Assembly (NCBI GenBank): GCA_964016885.1
Contig: OZ024740.1
Location: 32,860,001-32,924,000 of the forward strand
Reading direction: 5' to 3'
Source: Eledone cirrhosa
Taxonomy: Eukaryota
DNA: 64,000 nucleotides
Part shown: positions 13,201 to 28,300 of the stretch, piece by piece
Layout: each line of letters starts with the position of its first letter
Position numbering within the stretch: position 1 is the stretch's first letter
Notes under the pieces: generated by a model
What the model saw: the letters and a program-made list of their open reading frames with translations, nothing else
What the model was told of the DNA's origin: nothing
Databases searched by the model: none
Position numbers and translations under genes: made by a program

Positions 13201-16200
13201 GTATGTAACAAGTGAGAGAGACAGTATGTAACAGGTGATAGAGACAGTATGTAACAAGTGAGAGAGACAGTATGTAACAGGTGAGAGACAATATGTAACA
13301 GGTGAGAGAGACAGTATGTAACAAGTGAGAGACAGAGTATGTAACAGGTGATAGAGACAGTATGTAACAAGTGGGAGAGACAGTATATAACAAGTGAGAG
13401 ACGCAGTATGTAACATGTGAGAGAGACAGTATGTAACAGGTGAGAGAGACAATATGTAACAGGTGAGAGAGACAGTATGTAACAAGTGATAGACACAGTA
13501 TGTAACAGGTGATAGAGACAGTATGTAACAAGTGAGAGAGACAGTATGTAACAAGTGAGAGACACAGTATGTAACATGTGAGAGAGACAGTATGTAACAG
13601 GTGAGAGAGACAGTATGTAACAGGTGAGAGAGACAGTATGTAACAGGTGAGAGAGACAATATGTAACAGGTGAGAGAGACAATATGTAACAGGTGAGAGA
13701 CAGTATGTAACAGGTGAGAGAGACAATATGTAACAGGTGAGAGAGACAGTATGTAACAAGTGAGAGACACAGTATGTAACAGGTGATAGAGACAGTATGT
13801 AACAAGTGAGAGAGACAGTATGTAACAAGTGAGAGACACAGTATGTAACATGTGAGAGAGACAGTATGTAACAGGTGAGAGAGACAATATGTAACAGGTG
13901 AGAGAGACAGTATGTAACAAGTGAGAGACACAGTATGTAACAGGTGATAGAGACAGTATGTAACAAGTGAGAGAGACAGTATGTAACAAGTGAGAGACAC
14001 AGTATGTAACATGTGAGAGAGACAGTATGTAACAGGTGAGAGGGACAGTATGTAACATGTGAGAGACAGTATGTAACAGGTGAGAGAGACAGTATGTAAC
14101 ATGTGAGAGACAGTATGTAACATGTGAGACAGTATGTAACAGGTGAGAGAGACAGTATGTAACAGGTGAGAGAGACAGTATGTAACAGGTGAGAGAGACA
14201 GTATGTAACAAGTGAGAGAGACAATATGTAACAGGTGAGAGAGTCAGTATGTAACAGGTGAGAGAGTCAGTATGTAACAGGTGAGAGAGACAGTATGTAA
14301 CAGGTGAGAGAGACAGTATGTAACAGGTGAGAGAGACAGAATCTAACAGGTGAGAGAGACAGAATCTAACAGGTGAGAGAGACAGAATCTAACAGGTGAG
14401 AGGGACAGTATGTAACAGGTGAGAGGGACAGTATGTAACAGGTGAGAGAGACAGTATGTAACAGGTGAGATAGACAGTATGTAACAGATGAGAGAGACAC
14501 TATGTAACAGGAAGAGAGACAGTATGTAACAGGTGAGAGGGACAGTATGTAACAGGTGAGAGACACCGTATGTAACAGGTGACAGACACAGTATGTAACA
14601 GGTGAGAGAGACAGTATGTAACAGGTGAGAGGGACAGTATGTAACAGGTGAGAGGGACAGTATGTAACAGGTGAGAGACACAGTATGTAACAGGTGAGGA
14701 CAGTATGTAACAGGTGAGAGAGACAGTAGATAACAGGTGAGAGGGACAGTATGTAACAGGTGAGAGAGACAGTATGTAACAGGTGAGAGAGACAATATGT
14801 AACAGGTGAGAGGGACAGTATGTAACAGGTGAGAGGGACAGTATGTAACAGGTGAGAGGGACAGTATGTAACAGGTGAGAGGGACAGTATGTAACAGGTG
14901 AGAGGGACAGTATGTAACATGTGAGAGAAGTATGTAACAGGTGAGAGACAGTATGTAACAGGTGAGAGACAGTATGTAACAGGTGAGAGACAGTATGTAA
15001 CATGTGAGACAGTATGTAACAGGTGAGAGAGACAGTATGTAACAGGTGAGAGAGACAGTATGCAACAGGTGAGAGAGACAGTATGTAACAGGTGAGAGAG
15101 ACAGTATGTAACAGGTGAGAGACAGTATGTAACAGGTGAGAGACACAGTATGTAACATGTGATAGAGACAGTATGTAACAAGTGAGAGAGACAGTATGTA
15201 ACAAGTGAGAGACACAGTATGTAACATGTGAGAGAGACAGTATGTAACAGGTGAGATAGACAATATGTAACAGGTGAGAGACAGTATGTAACAGGTGAGA
15301 GACAGTATGTAACAGGTGAGAGAGACAATATGTAACAGGTAAGAGACAGTATGTAACAGGTGAGAGACACAGTATGTAACATGTGATAGAGACAGTATGT
15401 AACAAGTGAGAGAGACAGTATGTAACAAGTGAGAGACACAGTATGTAACATGTGAGAGAGACAGTATGTAACAGGTGAGATAGACAATATGTAACAGGTG
15501 AGAGAGACAGTGTGTAACAAGTGAGAGACACAGTATGTAACAGGTGATAGAGACAGTATGTAACATGTGAGAGAGACAGTACGTAACATGTGAGGGACAG
15601 TATGTAACAGGTGAGAGGGACAGTATGTAACATGTGAGAGAGTCAGTATGTAACAGGTGAGAGAGACAGTATGTAACAGGTGAGAGGGACAGTATGTAAC
15701 AGGTGAGAGGGACAGTATGTAACAGGTGAGAGAGTCAGTATGTAACAGGTGAGAGGGACAGTAACAGGTGAGAGGGACAGTATGTAACAGGTGAGAAGAA
15801 GAGTATGTAACAGGTGAGAGGGACAGTATGTAACAGGAGAGGGACAGTATGTAACAGGTGAGAGAGTCAGTATGTAACAGGTGAGAGAGTCAGTATGTAA
15901 CATGTGAGAGAGACAGTATGTAACAAGTGAGAGGGACAGTATGTAACAGGTGAGAGGGACAGTATGTAACATATGAGAGACAGTATGTAACAGGTGAGAG
16001 AGACAGTATGTAACAGGTGAGAGAGACAGTATGTAACAGGTGAGAGAGACAGTATGTAACAGGTGAGAGACAGTATGTAACAGGTGAGAGATAGTATGTA
16101 ACAGGTGAGAGAGACAATATGTAACAGGTGAGAGAGACAATATGTAACAGGTGAGAGAGACAGTATGTAACAAGTGAGAGACACAGTATGTAACAGGTGA

Positions 16201-19200
16201 GAGAGACAGTATGTAACAAGTGAGAGACACAGTATGTAACAAGTGAGAGACACAGTATGTAACATGTGAGAGAAACAGTATGTAACACGTGAGAGACACA
16301 ATATGTAACAGGTGAGAGAGACAGTATGTAACAGGTGATAGAGACAGTATGTAACAAGTGAGAGAGACAGTATGTAACAGGTGAGAGAGACAATATGTAA
16401 CTGGTGAGAGAGACAGTATGTAACAAGTGATAGACACAGTATGTAACAGGTGATAGAGACAGTATGTAACAGGTGAGAGAGACAGTATGTAACAAGTGAG
16501 AGACACAGTATGTAACATGTGAGAGAGACAGTATGTAACAAGTGAGAGACACAATATGTAACAGGTGAGAGAGACAGTATGTAACAGGTGATAGAGACAG
16601 TATGTAACAAGTGAGAGAGACAGTATGTAACAGGTGAGAGACAATATGTAACAGGTGAGAGAGACAGTATGTAACAAGTGAGAGACAGAGTATGTAACAG
16701 GTGATAGAGACAGTATGTAACAAGTGAGAGAGACAGTATATAACAAGTGAGAGACGCAGTATGTAACATGTGAGAGAGACAGTATGTAACAGGTGAGAGA
16801 GACAATATGTAACAGGTGAGAGAGACAGTATGTAACAAGTGATAGACACAGTATGTAACAGGTGATAGAGACAGTATGTAACAAGTGAGAGAGACAGTAT
16901 GTAACAAGTGAGAGACACAGTATGTAACATGTGAGAGAGACAGTATGTAACAGGTGAGAGAGACAGTATGTAACAGGTGAGAGAGACAGTATGTAACAGG
17001 TGAGAGAGACAATATGTAACAGGTGAGAGACAGTATGTAACAGGTGAGAGAGACAATATGTAACAGGTGAGAGAGACAGTATGTAACAAGTGAGAGACAC
17101 AGTATGTAACAGGTGATAGAGACAGTATGTAACAAGTGAGAGAGACAGTATGTAACAAGTGAGAGACACAGTATGTAACATGTGAGAGAGACAGTATGTA
17201 ACAGGTGAGAGAGACAATATGTAACAGGTGAGAGAGACAGTATGTAACAAGTGAGAGACACAGTATGTAACAGGTGATAGAGACAGTATGTAACAAGTGA
17301 GAGAGACAGTATGTAACAAGTGAGAGACACAGTATGTAACATGTGAGAGAGACAGTATGTAACAGGTGAGAGGGACAGTATGTAACATGTGAGAGACAGT
17401 ATGTAACAGGTGAGAGAGACAGTATGTAACATGTGAGAGACAGTATGTAACATGTGAGACAGTATGTAACAGGTGAGAGAGACAGTATGTAACAGGTGAG
17501 AGAGACAGTATGTAACAGGTGAGAGAGACAGTATGTAACAAGTGAGAGAGACAATATGTAACAGGTGAGAGAGTCAGTATGTAACAGGTGAGAGAGTCAG
17601 TATGTAACAGGTGAGAGAGACAGTATGTAACAGGTGAGAGAGACAGTATGTAACAGGTGAGAGAGACAGAATCTAACAGGTGAGAGAGACAGAATCTAAC
17701 AGGTGAGAGAGACAGAATCTAACAGGTGAGAGGGACAGTATGTAACAGGTGAGAGGGACAGTATGTAACAGGTGAGAGAGACAGTATGTAACAGGTGAGA
17801 TAGACAGTATGTAACAGATGAGAGAGACACTATGTAACAGGAAGAGAGACAGTATGTAACAGGTGAGAGGAACAGTATGTAACAGGTGAGAGACACCGTA
17901 TGTAACAGGTGACAGACACAGTATGTAACAGGTGAGAGAGACAGTATGTAACAGGTGAGAGGGACAGTATGTAACAGGTGAGAGGGACAGTATGTAACAG
18001 GTGAGAGACACAGTATGTAACAGGTGAGGACAGTATGTAACAGGTGAGAGAGACAGTAGATAACAGGTGAGAGGGACAGTATGTAACAGGTGAGAGAGAC
18101 AGTATGTAACAGGTGAGAGAGACAATATGTAACAGGTGAGAGGGACAGTATGTAACAGGTGAGAGGGACAGTATGTAACATGTGAGAGAAGTATGTAACA
18201 GGTGAGAGACAGTATGTAACAGGTGAGAGACAGTATGTAACATGTGAGACAGTATGTAACAGGTGAGAGAGACAGTATGTAACAGGTGAGAGAGACAGTA
18301 TGCAACAGGTGAGAGAGACAGTATGTAACAGGTGAGAGAGACAGTATGTAACAGGTGAGAGACAGTATGTAACAGGTGAGAGAGACAATATGTAACAGGT
18401 AAGAGACAGTATGTAACAGGTGAGAGACACAGTATGTAACATGTGATAGAGACAGTATGTAACAAGTGAGAGAGACAGTATGTAACAAGTGAGAGACACA
18501 GTATGTAACATGTGAGAGAGACAGTATGTAACAGGTGAGATAGACAATATGTAACAGGTGAGAGAGACAGTGTGTAACAAGTGAGAGACACAGTATGTAA
18601 CAGGTGATAGAGACAGTATGTAACAAGTGAGAGAGACAGTATGTAACAAGTGAGAGACACAGTATTTAACATGTGAGAGAGACAGTATGTAACAGGTGAG
18701 AGAGACAATATGTAACAGGTGAGAGAGACAGTATGTAACAAGTGATAGAGACAGTATGTAACAGGTGATAGAGACAGTATGTAACAGGTGAGAGAGACAG
18801 TATGTAACAGGTGAGAGAGACAGTATGTAACAGGTGAGAGACAGTATGTAACAGGTGAGAGAGACAATATGTAACAGGTGAGAGACAGTATGTAACAGGT
18901 GAGAGAGACAATATGTAACAGGTGAGAGAGACAGTATGTAACAAGTGAGAGACACAGTATGTAACAGTGATAGAGACAGTATGTAACAAGTGAGAGAGAC
19001 AGTATGTAACAAGTGAGAGACACAGTATGTAACATGTGAGAGAGACAGTATGTAACAGGTGAGAGAGACAATATGTAACAGGTGAGAGAGACAGTATGTA
19101 ACAAGTGAGAGACACAGTATGTAACAGCTGATAGAGACAGTATGTAACAAGTGAGAGAGACAGTATGTAACAAGTGAGAGACACAGTATGTAACATGTGA

Positions 19201-22200
19201 GAGAGACAGTATGTAACAGGTGAGAGGGACAGTATGTAACATGTGACAGACAGTATGTAACATGTGAGAGAGACAGTATGTAACAGGTGAGAGAGACAGT
19301 ATGTAACATGTGAGAGACAGTATGTAACATGTGAGACAGTATGTAACAGGTGAGAGAGACAGTATGTAACAGGTGAGAGAGACAGTATGTAACAGGTGAG
19401 AGAGACAGTATGTAACAAGTGAGAGAGACAGTATGTAACAGGTGAGAGAGACAGTATGTAACAGGTGAGAGAGACAGTATGTAACAGGTGAGAGAGACAG
19501 TATGTAACAGGTGAGAGACTCAGTATGTAACAGGTGAGAGAGTCAGTATGTAACAGGTGAGAGAGTCAGTATGTAACAGGTGAGAGAGACAGTATGTAAC
19601 AGGTGAGAGAGACAGAATCTAACAGGTGAGAGAGACAGAATCTAACAGGTGAGAGAGACAGAATCTAACAGGTGAGAGAGACAGAATCTAACAGGTGAGA
19701 GGGACAGTATGTAACAGGTGAGAGAGACAGTATGTAACAGGTGAGATAGACAGTATGTAACAGATGAGAGAGACACTATGTAACAGGGAGAGAGACAGTA
19801 TGTAACAGGTGAGAGAGACAGTATGTAACAGGTGAGAGAGACAGTATGTAACAGGTGAGAGACACCGTATGTAACAGGTGACAGACACAGTATATAACAG
19901 GTGAGAGAGACAGTATGTAACAGGTGAGAGGGACAGTATGTAACAGGTGAGAGTCACAGTATGTAACAGGTGAGGACAGTATGTAACAGGTGAGAGAGAC
20001 AGTAGGTAACAGGTGAGAGGGACAGTATGTAACAGGTGAGAGAGACAGTATGTAACAGGTGAGAGAGACAGTATGTAACAGGTGAGAGAGACAGTATGTA
20101 ACAGGTGAGAGGGACAGTATGTAACAGGTGAGAGGGACAGTATGTAACAGGTGAGAGAGACAGTATGTAACAGGTGAGAGAGTCAGTATGTAACAGGTGA
20201 GAGTCAGTATGTAACAGGTGAGAGAGTCAGTATGTAACAGGTGAGAGGGACAGTAACAGGTGAGAGAGTCAGTATGTAACAGGTGAGAGAGACAGTATGT
20301 AACAGGTGAGAGGGACAGTATGTAACAGGTGAGAGAGACAGTATGTAACAGGTAAGAGAGTCAGTATGTAACAGGTGAGAGGGACAGTATGTAACAGGTG
20401 AGAGGGACAGTATGTAACAGGTGAGAGGGACAGTATGTAACAGGTGAGAGAGACAGTATGTAACAAGTGAGAGAGACAGTATGTAACAGGTGATAGAGAC
20501 AGTATGTAACAAGTGAGAGAGACAGTATGTAACAGGTGAGAGACAATATGTAACAAGTGAGAGACAGAGTATGTAACAGGTGATAGAGACAGTATGTAAC
20601 AAGTGAGAGAGACAGTATGTAACAAGTGAGAGAGACAGTATGTAACAAGTGAGAGACGCAGTATGTAACATGTGAGAGAGACAGTATGTAACAGGTGAGA
20701 GAGACAATATGTAACAGGTGAGAGAGACAGTATGTAACAAGTGATAGACACAGTATGTAACAGGTGATAGAGACAGTATGTAAGTGAGAGAGACAGTATG
20801 TAACAAGTGAGAGACACAGTATGTAACATGTGAGAGAGACAGTATGTAACAGGTGAGAGAGACAGTATGTAACAGGTGAGAGACAGTATGTGACAGGTGA
20901 GAGAGACAATATGTAACAGGTGAGAGACAGTATGTAACAGGTGAGAGAGACAATATGTAACAGGTGAGAGAGACAGTATGTAACAAGTGAGAGACACAGT
21001 ATGTAACAGGTGATAGAGACAGTATGTAACAAGTGAGAGAGACAGTATGTAACAAGTGAGAGACACAGTATGTAACATGTGAGAGAGACAGTATGTAACA
21101 GGTGAGAGGGACAGTATGTAACATGTGACAGACAGTATGTAACATGTGAGAGAGACAGTATGTAACAGGTGAGAGAGACAGTATGTAACATGTGAGAGAC
21201 AGTATGTAACATGTGAGACAGTATGTAACAGGTGAGAGAGACAGTATGTAACAGGTGAGAGAGACAGTATGTAACAGGTGAGAGAGACAGTATGTAACAG
21301 GTGAGAGAGACAGTATGTAACAAGTGAGAGAGACAGTATGTAACAGGTGAGAGAGACAGTATGTAACAGGTGAGAGACTCAGTATGTAACAGGTGAGAGA
21401 GTCAGTATGTAACAGGTGATAGAGACAGTATGTAACAAGTGAGAGAGACAGTATGTAACAAGTGAGAGACACAGTATGTAACAAGTGAGAGACACAGTAT
21501 GTAACAGCTGATAGAGACAGTATGTAACAAGTGCGAGAGACAGTATGTAACAAGTGAGAGACACAGTATGTAACATGTGATAGAGACAGTATGTAACAGG
21601 TGAGAGGGACAGTATGTAACATGTGACAGACAGTATGTAACATGTGAGAAAGACAGTATGTAACAGGTGAGAGAGACAGTATGTAACATGTGAGAGACAG
21701 TATGTAACATGTGAGACAGTATGTAACAGGTGAGAGAGACAGTATGTAACAGGTGAGAGAGACAGAATCTAACAGGTGAGAGAGACAGAATCTAACAGGT
21801 GAGAGAGACAGAATCTAACAGGTGAGAGAGACAGAATCTAACAGGTGAGAGAGACAGAATCTAACAGGTGAGAGAGACAGAATCTAACAGGTGAGAGGGA
21901 CAGTATGTAACAGGTGAGAGAGACAGTATGTAACAGGTGAGATAGACAGTATGTAACAGATGAGAGAGACACTATGTAACAGGGAGAGAGACAGTATGTA
22001 ACAGGTGAGAGGGACAGTATGTAACAGGTGAGAGGGACAGTATGTAACAGGTGAGAGGGACAGTATGTAACAGGTGAGAGACACCGTATGTAACAGGTGA
22101 CAGACACAGTATATAACAGGTGAGAGAGACAGTATGTAACAGGTGAGAGGGACAGTATGTAACAGGTGAGAGACACAGTATGTAACAGGTGAGGACAGTA

Positions 22201-25200
22201 TGTAACAGGTGAGAGAGACAGTAGGTAACAGGTGAGAGGGACAGTATGTAACAGGTGAGAGAGACAGTATGTAACAGGTGAGAGAGACAGTATGTAACAG
22301 GTGAGAGAGACAGTATGTAACAGGTGAGAGAGACAGTATGTAACAGGTGAGAGGGACAGTATGTAACAGGTGAGAGGGACAGTATGTAACAGGTGAGAGA
22401 CAGTATGTAACAGGTGAGAGAGTCAGTATGTAACAGGTGAGAGTCAGTATGTAACAGGTGAGAGAGTCAGTATGTAACAGGTGAGAGGGACAGTAACAGG
22501 TGAGAGAGTCAGTATGTAACAGGTGAGAGAGACAGTATGTAACAGGTGAGAGGGACAGTATGTAACAGGAGAGAGACAGTATGTAACAGGTGAGAGAGTC
22601 AGTATGTAACAGGTGAGAGGGACAGTATGTAACAGGTGAGAGGGACAGTATGTAACAGGTGAGAGGGACAGTATGTAACAGGTGAGAGAGACAGTATGTA
22701 ACAAGTGAGAGAGACAGTATGTAACAGGTGATAGAGACAGTATGTAACAAGTGAGAGAGACAGTATGTAACAGGTGAGAGACAATATGTAACAGGTGAGA
22801 GAGACAGTATGTAACAAGTGAGAGACAGAGTATGTAACAGGTGATAGAGACAGTATGTAACAAGTGAGAGACAGTATGTAACAAGTGAGAGACGCAGTAT
22901 GTAACATGTGAGAGAGACAGTATGTAACAGGTGAGAGAGACAATATGTAACAGGTGAGAGAGACAGTATGTAACAAGTGATAGACGCAGTATGTAACAGG
23001 TGATAGAGACAGTATGTAAGTGAGAGAGACAGTATGTAACAAGTGAGAGACACAGTATGTAACATGTGAGAGAGACAGTATGTAACAGGTGAGAGAGACA
23101 GTATGTAACAGGTGAGAGAGACAATATGTAACAGGTGAGAGACAGTATGTAACAGGTGAGAGAGACAATATGTAACAGGTGAGAGAGACAGTATGTAACA
23201 AGTGAGAGACACAGTATGTAACAGGTGATAGAGACAGTATGTAACAAGTGAGAGAGACAGTATGTAACAAGTGAGAGACACAGTATGTAACATGTGAGAG
23301 AGACAGTATGTAACAGGTGAGAGAGACAATATGTAACAGGTGAGAGAGACAGTATGTAACAAGTGAGAGACACAGTATGTAACAGGTGATAGAGACAGTA
23401 TGTAACAAGTGAGAGAGACAGTATGTAACAAGTGAGAGACACAGTATGTAACATGTGAGAGAGACAGTATGTAACAGGTGAGAGGGACAGTATGTAACAT
23501 GTGACAGACAGTATGTAACATGTGAGAGACAGTATGTAACAGGTGAGAGAGACAGTATGTAACATGTGAGAGACAGTATGTAACATGTGAGACAGTATGT
23601 AACAGGTGAGAGAGAAAGTATGTAACAGGTGAGAGAGACAGTATGTAACAGGTGAGAGAGACAGTATGTAACAAGTGAGAGAGACAGTATGTAACAGGTG
23701 AGAGAGTCAGTATGTAACAGGTGAGAGAGTCAGTATGTAACAGGTGAGAGAGTCAGTATGTAACAGGTGAGAGAGACAGTATGTAACAGGTGAGAGAGAC
23801 AGTATGTAACAGGTGAGAGAGACAGAATCTAACAGGTCAGAGAGACAGAATCAAACAGGTGAGAGAGACAGAATCTAACAGGTGAGAGGGACAGTATGTA
23901 ACAGGTGAGAGAGACAGTATGTAACAGGTGAGATAGACAGTATGTAACAGATGAGAGAGACACTATGTAACAGGGAGAGAGACAGTATGTAACAGGTGAG
24001 AGGGACAGTATGTAACAGGTGAGAGGGACAGTATGTAACAGGTGAGAGACACCGTATGTAACAGGTGACAGACACAGTATGTAACAGGTGAGAGAGACAG
24101 TATGTAACAGGTGAGAGGGACAGTATGTAACAGGTGAGAGACACAGTATGTAACAGGTGAGGACAGTATGTAACAGGTGAGAGAGACAGTATGTAACAGG
24201 TGAGAGACAGTATGTAACAGGTGAGAGAGACAATATGTAACAGGTGAGAGACAGTATGTAACAGGTGAGAGAGACAGTATGTAACAAGTGAGAGACACAG
24301 TATGTAACAGGTGATAGAGACAGTATGTAACAAGTGAGAGAGACAGTATGTAACAAGTGAGAGACACAGTATGTAACATGTGAGAGAGACAGTATGTAAC
24401 AAGTGAGAGACACAGTATGTAACATGTGAGAGAGACAGTATGTAACAGGTGAGAGAGACAATATGTAACAGGTGAGAGAGACAGTATGTAACAAGTGAGA
24501 GACACAGTATGTAACAGCTGATAGAGACAGTATGTAACAAGTGAGAGAGACAGTATGTTACAAGTGAGAGACACAGTATGTAACATGTGAGAGAGACAGT
24601 ATGTAACAGGTGAGAGGGACAGTATGTAACATGTGACAGACAGTATGTAACATGTGAGAGACAGTATGTAACAGCTGAGAGAGACAGTATGTAACATGTG
24701 AGAGACAGTATGTAACATGTGAGACAGTATGTAACAGGTGAGAGAGACAGTATGTCACAGGTGAGAGAGACAGTATGTAACAGGTGACAGAGACAGTATG
24801 TAACAGGTGAGAGAGACAGTATGTAATAAGTGAGAGAGACAGTATGTAACAGGTGAGAGACTCAGTATGTAACAGGTGAGAGAGTCAGTATGTAACAGGT
24901 GAGAGAGTCAGTATGTAACAGGTGAGAGAGACAGTATGTAACAGGTGAGAGAGACAGAATCTAACAGGTGAGAGAGACAGAATCTAACAGGTGAGAGAGA
25001 CAGAATCTAACAGGTGAGAGAGACAGAATCTAACAGGTGAGAGGGACAGTATGTAACAGGTGAGAGAGACAGTATGTAACAGGTGAGATAGACAGTATGT
25101 AACAGATGAGAGAGACACTATGTAACAGGGAGAGAGACGGTATGTAACAGGTGAGAGGGACAGTATGTAACAGGTGAGAGGGACAGTATGTAACAGGTGA

Positions 25201-25350
25201 GAGACACCGTATGTAACAGGTGACAGACACAGTATGTAACAGGTGAGAGAGACAGTATGTAACAGGTGAGAGGGACAGTATGTAACAGGTGAGAGACACA
25301 GTATGTAACAGGTGAGGACAGTATGTAACAGGTGAGAGAGACAGTAGGTA
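10270..25350 (+). repeat. Irregular higher-order repeat of about 2 kb, each unit opened by a GAATCTAAC monomer cluster (module B)
   Basis: Clusters start near 10278, 12339, 14339, 17669, 19615, 21765, 23825 and 24957. Each is followed by GAGATAGA, CAGATG..CACTATG, CAGGAAG/CAGGGAG, ACACCGT and GTGACAGACAC monomers in the same order. Confidence 0.85.
13200..18600 (+). repeat. Imperfect duplication, about 13.2-15.5 kb versus 16.55-18.6 kb (offset about 3.33 kb)
   Basis: Matching variant strings. ORF-track boundaries are shifted by 3330 (14224/17554, 14343/17673, 14500/17830). Confidence 0.8.
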
Positions 25351-28300
25351 ACAGGTGAGAGGGACAGTATGTAACAGGTGAGAGAGACAGTATGTAACAG
25401 GTGAGAGAGTCAGTATGTAACAGGTGAGAGAGTCAGTATGTAACAGGTGAGAGGGACAGTAACAGGTGAGAGAGTCAGTATGTAACATGTGAGAGAGAAA
25501 GTATGTAACAGGTGAGAGGGACAGTATGTAACAGGTGAGAGACACAGTATGTAACAGGTGAGGACAGTATGTAACAGGTGAGAGAGACAGTAGGTAACAG
25601 GTGAGAGGGACAGTATGTAACAGGTGAGAGAGACAGTATGTAACAGGTGAGAGAGACAGTATGTAACAGGTGAGAGGGACAGTATGTAACAGGTGAGAGG
25701 GACAGTATGTAACAGGTGAGAGAGACAGTATGTAACAGGTGAGAGAGTCAGTATGTAACAGGTGAGAGGGACAGTAACAGGTGAGAGAGTCAGTATGTAA
25801 CAGGTGAGAGACAGTATGTAACAGGTGAGAGGGACAGTATGTAACAGGTGAGAGAGACAGTATGTAACAGGTGAGAGAGTCAGTATGTAACAGGTGAGAG
25901 GGACAGTATGTAACAGGTGAGAGGGACAGTATGTAACAGGTGAGAGAGTCAGTATGTAACAGGTGAGAGGGACAGTAACAGGTGAGAGAGTCAGTATGTA
26001 ACAGGTGAGAGACAGTATGTAACAGGTGAGAGGGACAGTATGTAACAGGTGAGAGAGACAGTATGTAACAGGTGAGAGAGTCAGTATGTAACAGGTGAGA
26101 GGGACAGTATGTAACAGGTGAGAGGGACAGTATGTAACAGGTGAGAGAGTCAGTATGTAATAGGTGAGAGGGACAGTATGTAACAGGTGAGAGGGACAGT
26201 ATGTAACAGATGAGAGGGACAGTATGTAACAGGTGAGAGGGACAGTATGTAACAGGTGAGAGAGACAGTATGTTAAAGGTGAGAGGGACAGTATGTAACA
26301 GGTGAGAGAGACAGTATGTAACATGTGAGAGGGACAGTATGTAACAGGTGAGAGGGACAGAATGTAACAGGTGAGAGGGACAGTATGTAACAGGTGAGAG
26401 AGACAGTATGTAACAGGTGAGAGGGACAGTATGTAACAGGTGAGAGACACAGTATGTAACAGGTGAGAGAGACAGTATGTAACAGGTGAGAGAGACAGTA
26501 TGTAACAGGTGAGAGACAGTATGTAACAGATGAGAGACAGTATGTAACAGGTGAGAGGGACAGTATGTAACATGTGAGAGTCAGTATGTAACAGGTGAGA
26601 GGGACAGTATGTAACATGTGAGAGGGACAGTATGTAACAGGTGAGAGGGACAGAATGTAACAGGTGAGAGACAGTATGTAACAGGTGAGAGACAGTATGT
26701 AACAGGTGAGAGAGACAGTATGTAACAGGTGAGAGTCAGTATGTAACAGGTGAGAGACAGTATGTAACAGGTGAGAGAGACAGTATGTAACAGGTGAGAG
26801 TCAGTATGTAACAGGTGAGAGGGACAGTACTAACAGGTGAGAGAGACAGTATGTAACATGTGAGAGGGACAGTATGTAACAGGTGAGAGGGACAGAATGT
26901 AACAGGTGAGAGGGACAGTATGTAACAGGTGAGAGAGGCAGTATGTAACAGGTGAGAGGGACAGTATGTAACAGGTGAGAGAGACAGTATGTAACAGGTG
27001 AGAGAGACAGTATGTAACAGGTGAGAGAGACAGTATGTAACAGGTGAGAGACAGTATGTAACAGATGAGAGAGTATGTAACAGGTGAGAGGGACAGTATG
27101 TAACATGTGAGAGTCAGTATGTAACAGGTGAGAGGGACAGTATGTAACATGTGAGAGGGACAGTATGTAACAGGTGAGAGGGACAGAATGTAACAGGTGA
27201 GAGGGACAGTATGTAACATGTGAGAGACAGTATGTAACAGGTGAGAGACAGTATGTAACAGGTGAGAGAGACAGTATGTAACAGGTGAGAGTCAGTATGT
27301 AACAGGTGAGAGGGACAGTACTAACAGGTGAGAGGGACAGTATGTAACAGGTAAGAGGGACAGTATGTAACAGATGAGAGAGACAGAATCTAACAGGTGA
27401 GAGGGACAGTATGTAACAGGAGAGAGTCAGTATGTTACAGGTGAGAGAGACAGTATGTAACATGTGAGACAGTATGTAACAGATGAGAGAGACACTATGT
27501 AACAGGTGAGAGAGACAGTATGTAACAGGTGAGAGGGACAGTATGTAACAGGTGAGAGACACAGTATGTAACAGATGAGAGACACTATGTAACAGGTGAG
27601 AGACAGTATTTAACAGCTGAGAGGGACAGTATGTAACAGGTGAGAGACACAGTATGTAACAGGTGAGAGAGACAGTATGTAACAGGTGAGAGAGACAGTA
27701 TGTAACAGGTGAGAGAGTCAGTATGTAACAGGTGAGAGGGACAGTAACAGGTGAGAGAGTCAGTATGTAACAGGTGAGAGACAGTATGTAACATGTGAGA
27801 GACAGTATGTAACAGGTGAGAGAGACAGTATGTAACAGGTGAGAGACACAGTATGTAACAGGTGAGAGACACAGTATGTAACAGGTTAGAGAGACAGTAT
27901 GTAACAGGTGAGAGGGACAGTATGTAACAGGTGAGAGAGACAGTATGTAACAGGTGAGAGAGTCAGTATGTAACAGGTGATAGAGACAGTATGTAACAGG
28001 TGAGAGAGACAGTATGTAACAGGTGAGAGGGACAGTATGTAACAGGTGAGAGAGACAGTATGTAACAAATCAGAGTCACTATGTAACAGGTGAGAGGGAC
28101 AGTATGTAACAGATGAGAGGGACAGTATGTAACAGGTGAGAGAGTCAGTATGTAACAGGTGAGAGGGACAGTATGTAACAGGTGAGAGACAGTATGTAAC
28201 AGGTGAGAGTCCGTATGTAACAGGTGAGAGGGACAGTATGGAACAGATGAGAGGGACAGTATGTAACAGGTGAGAGAGACAGTATGTAACAGGTGAGAGG

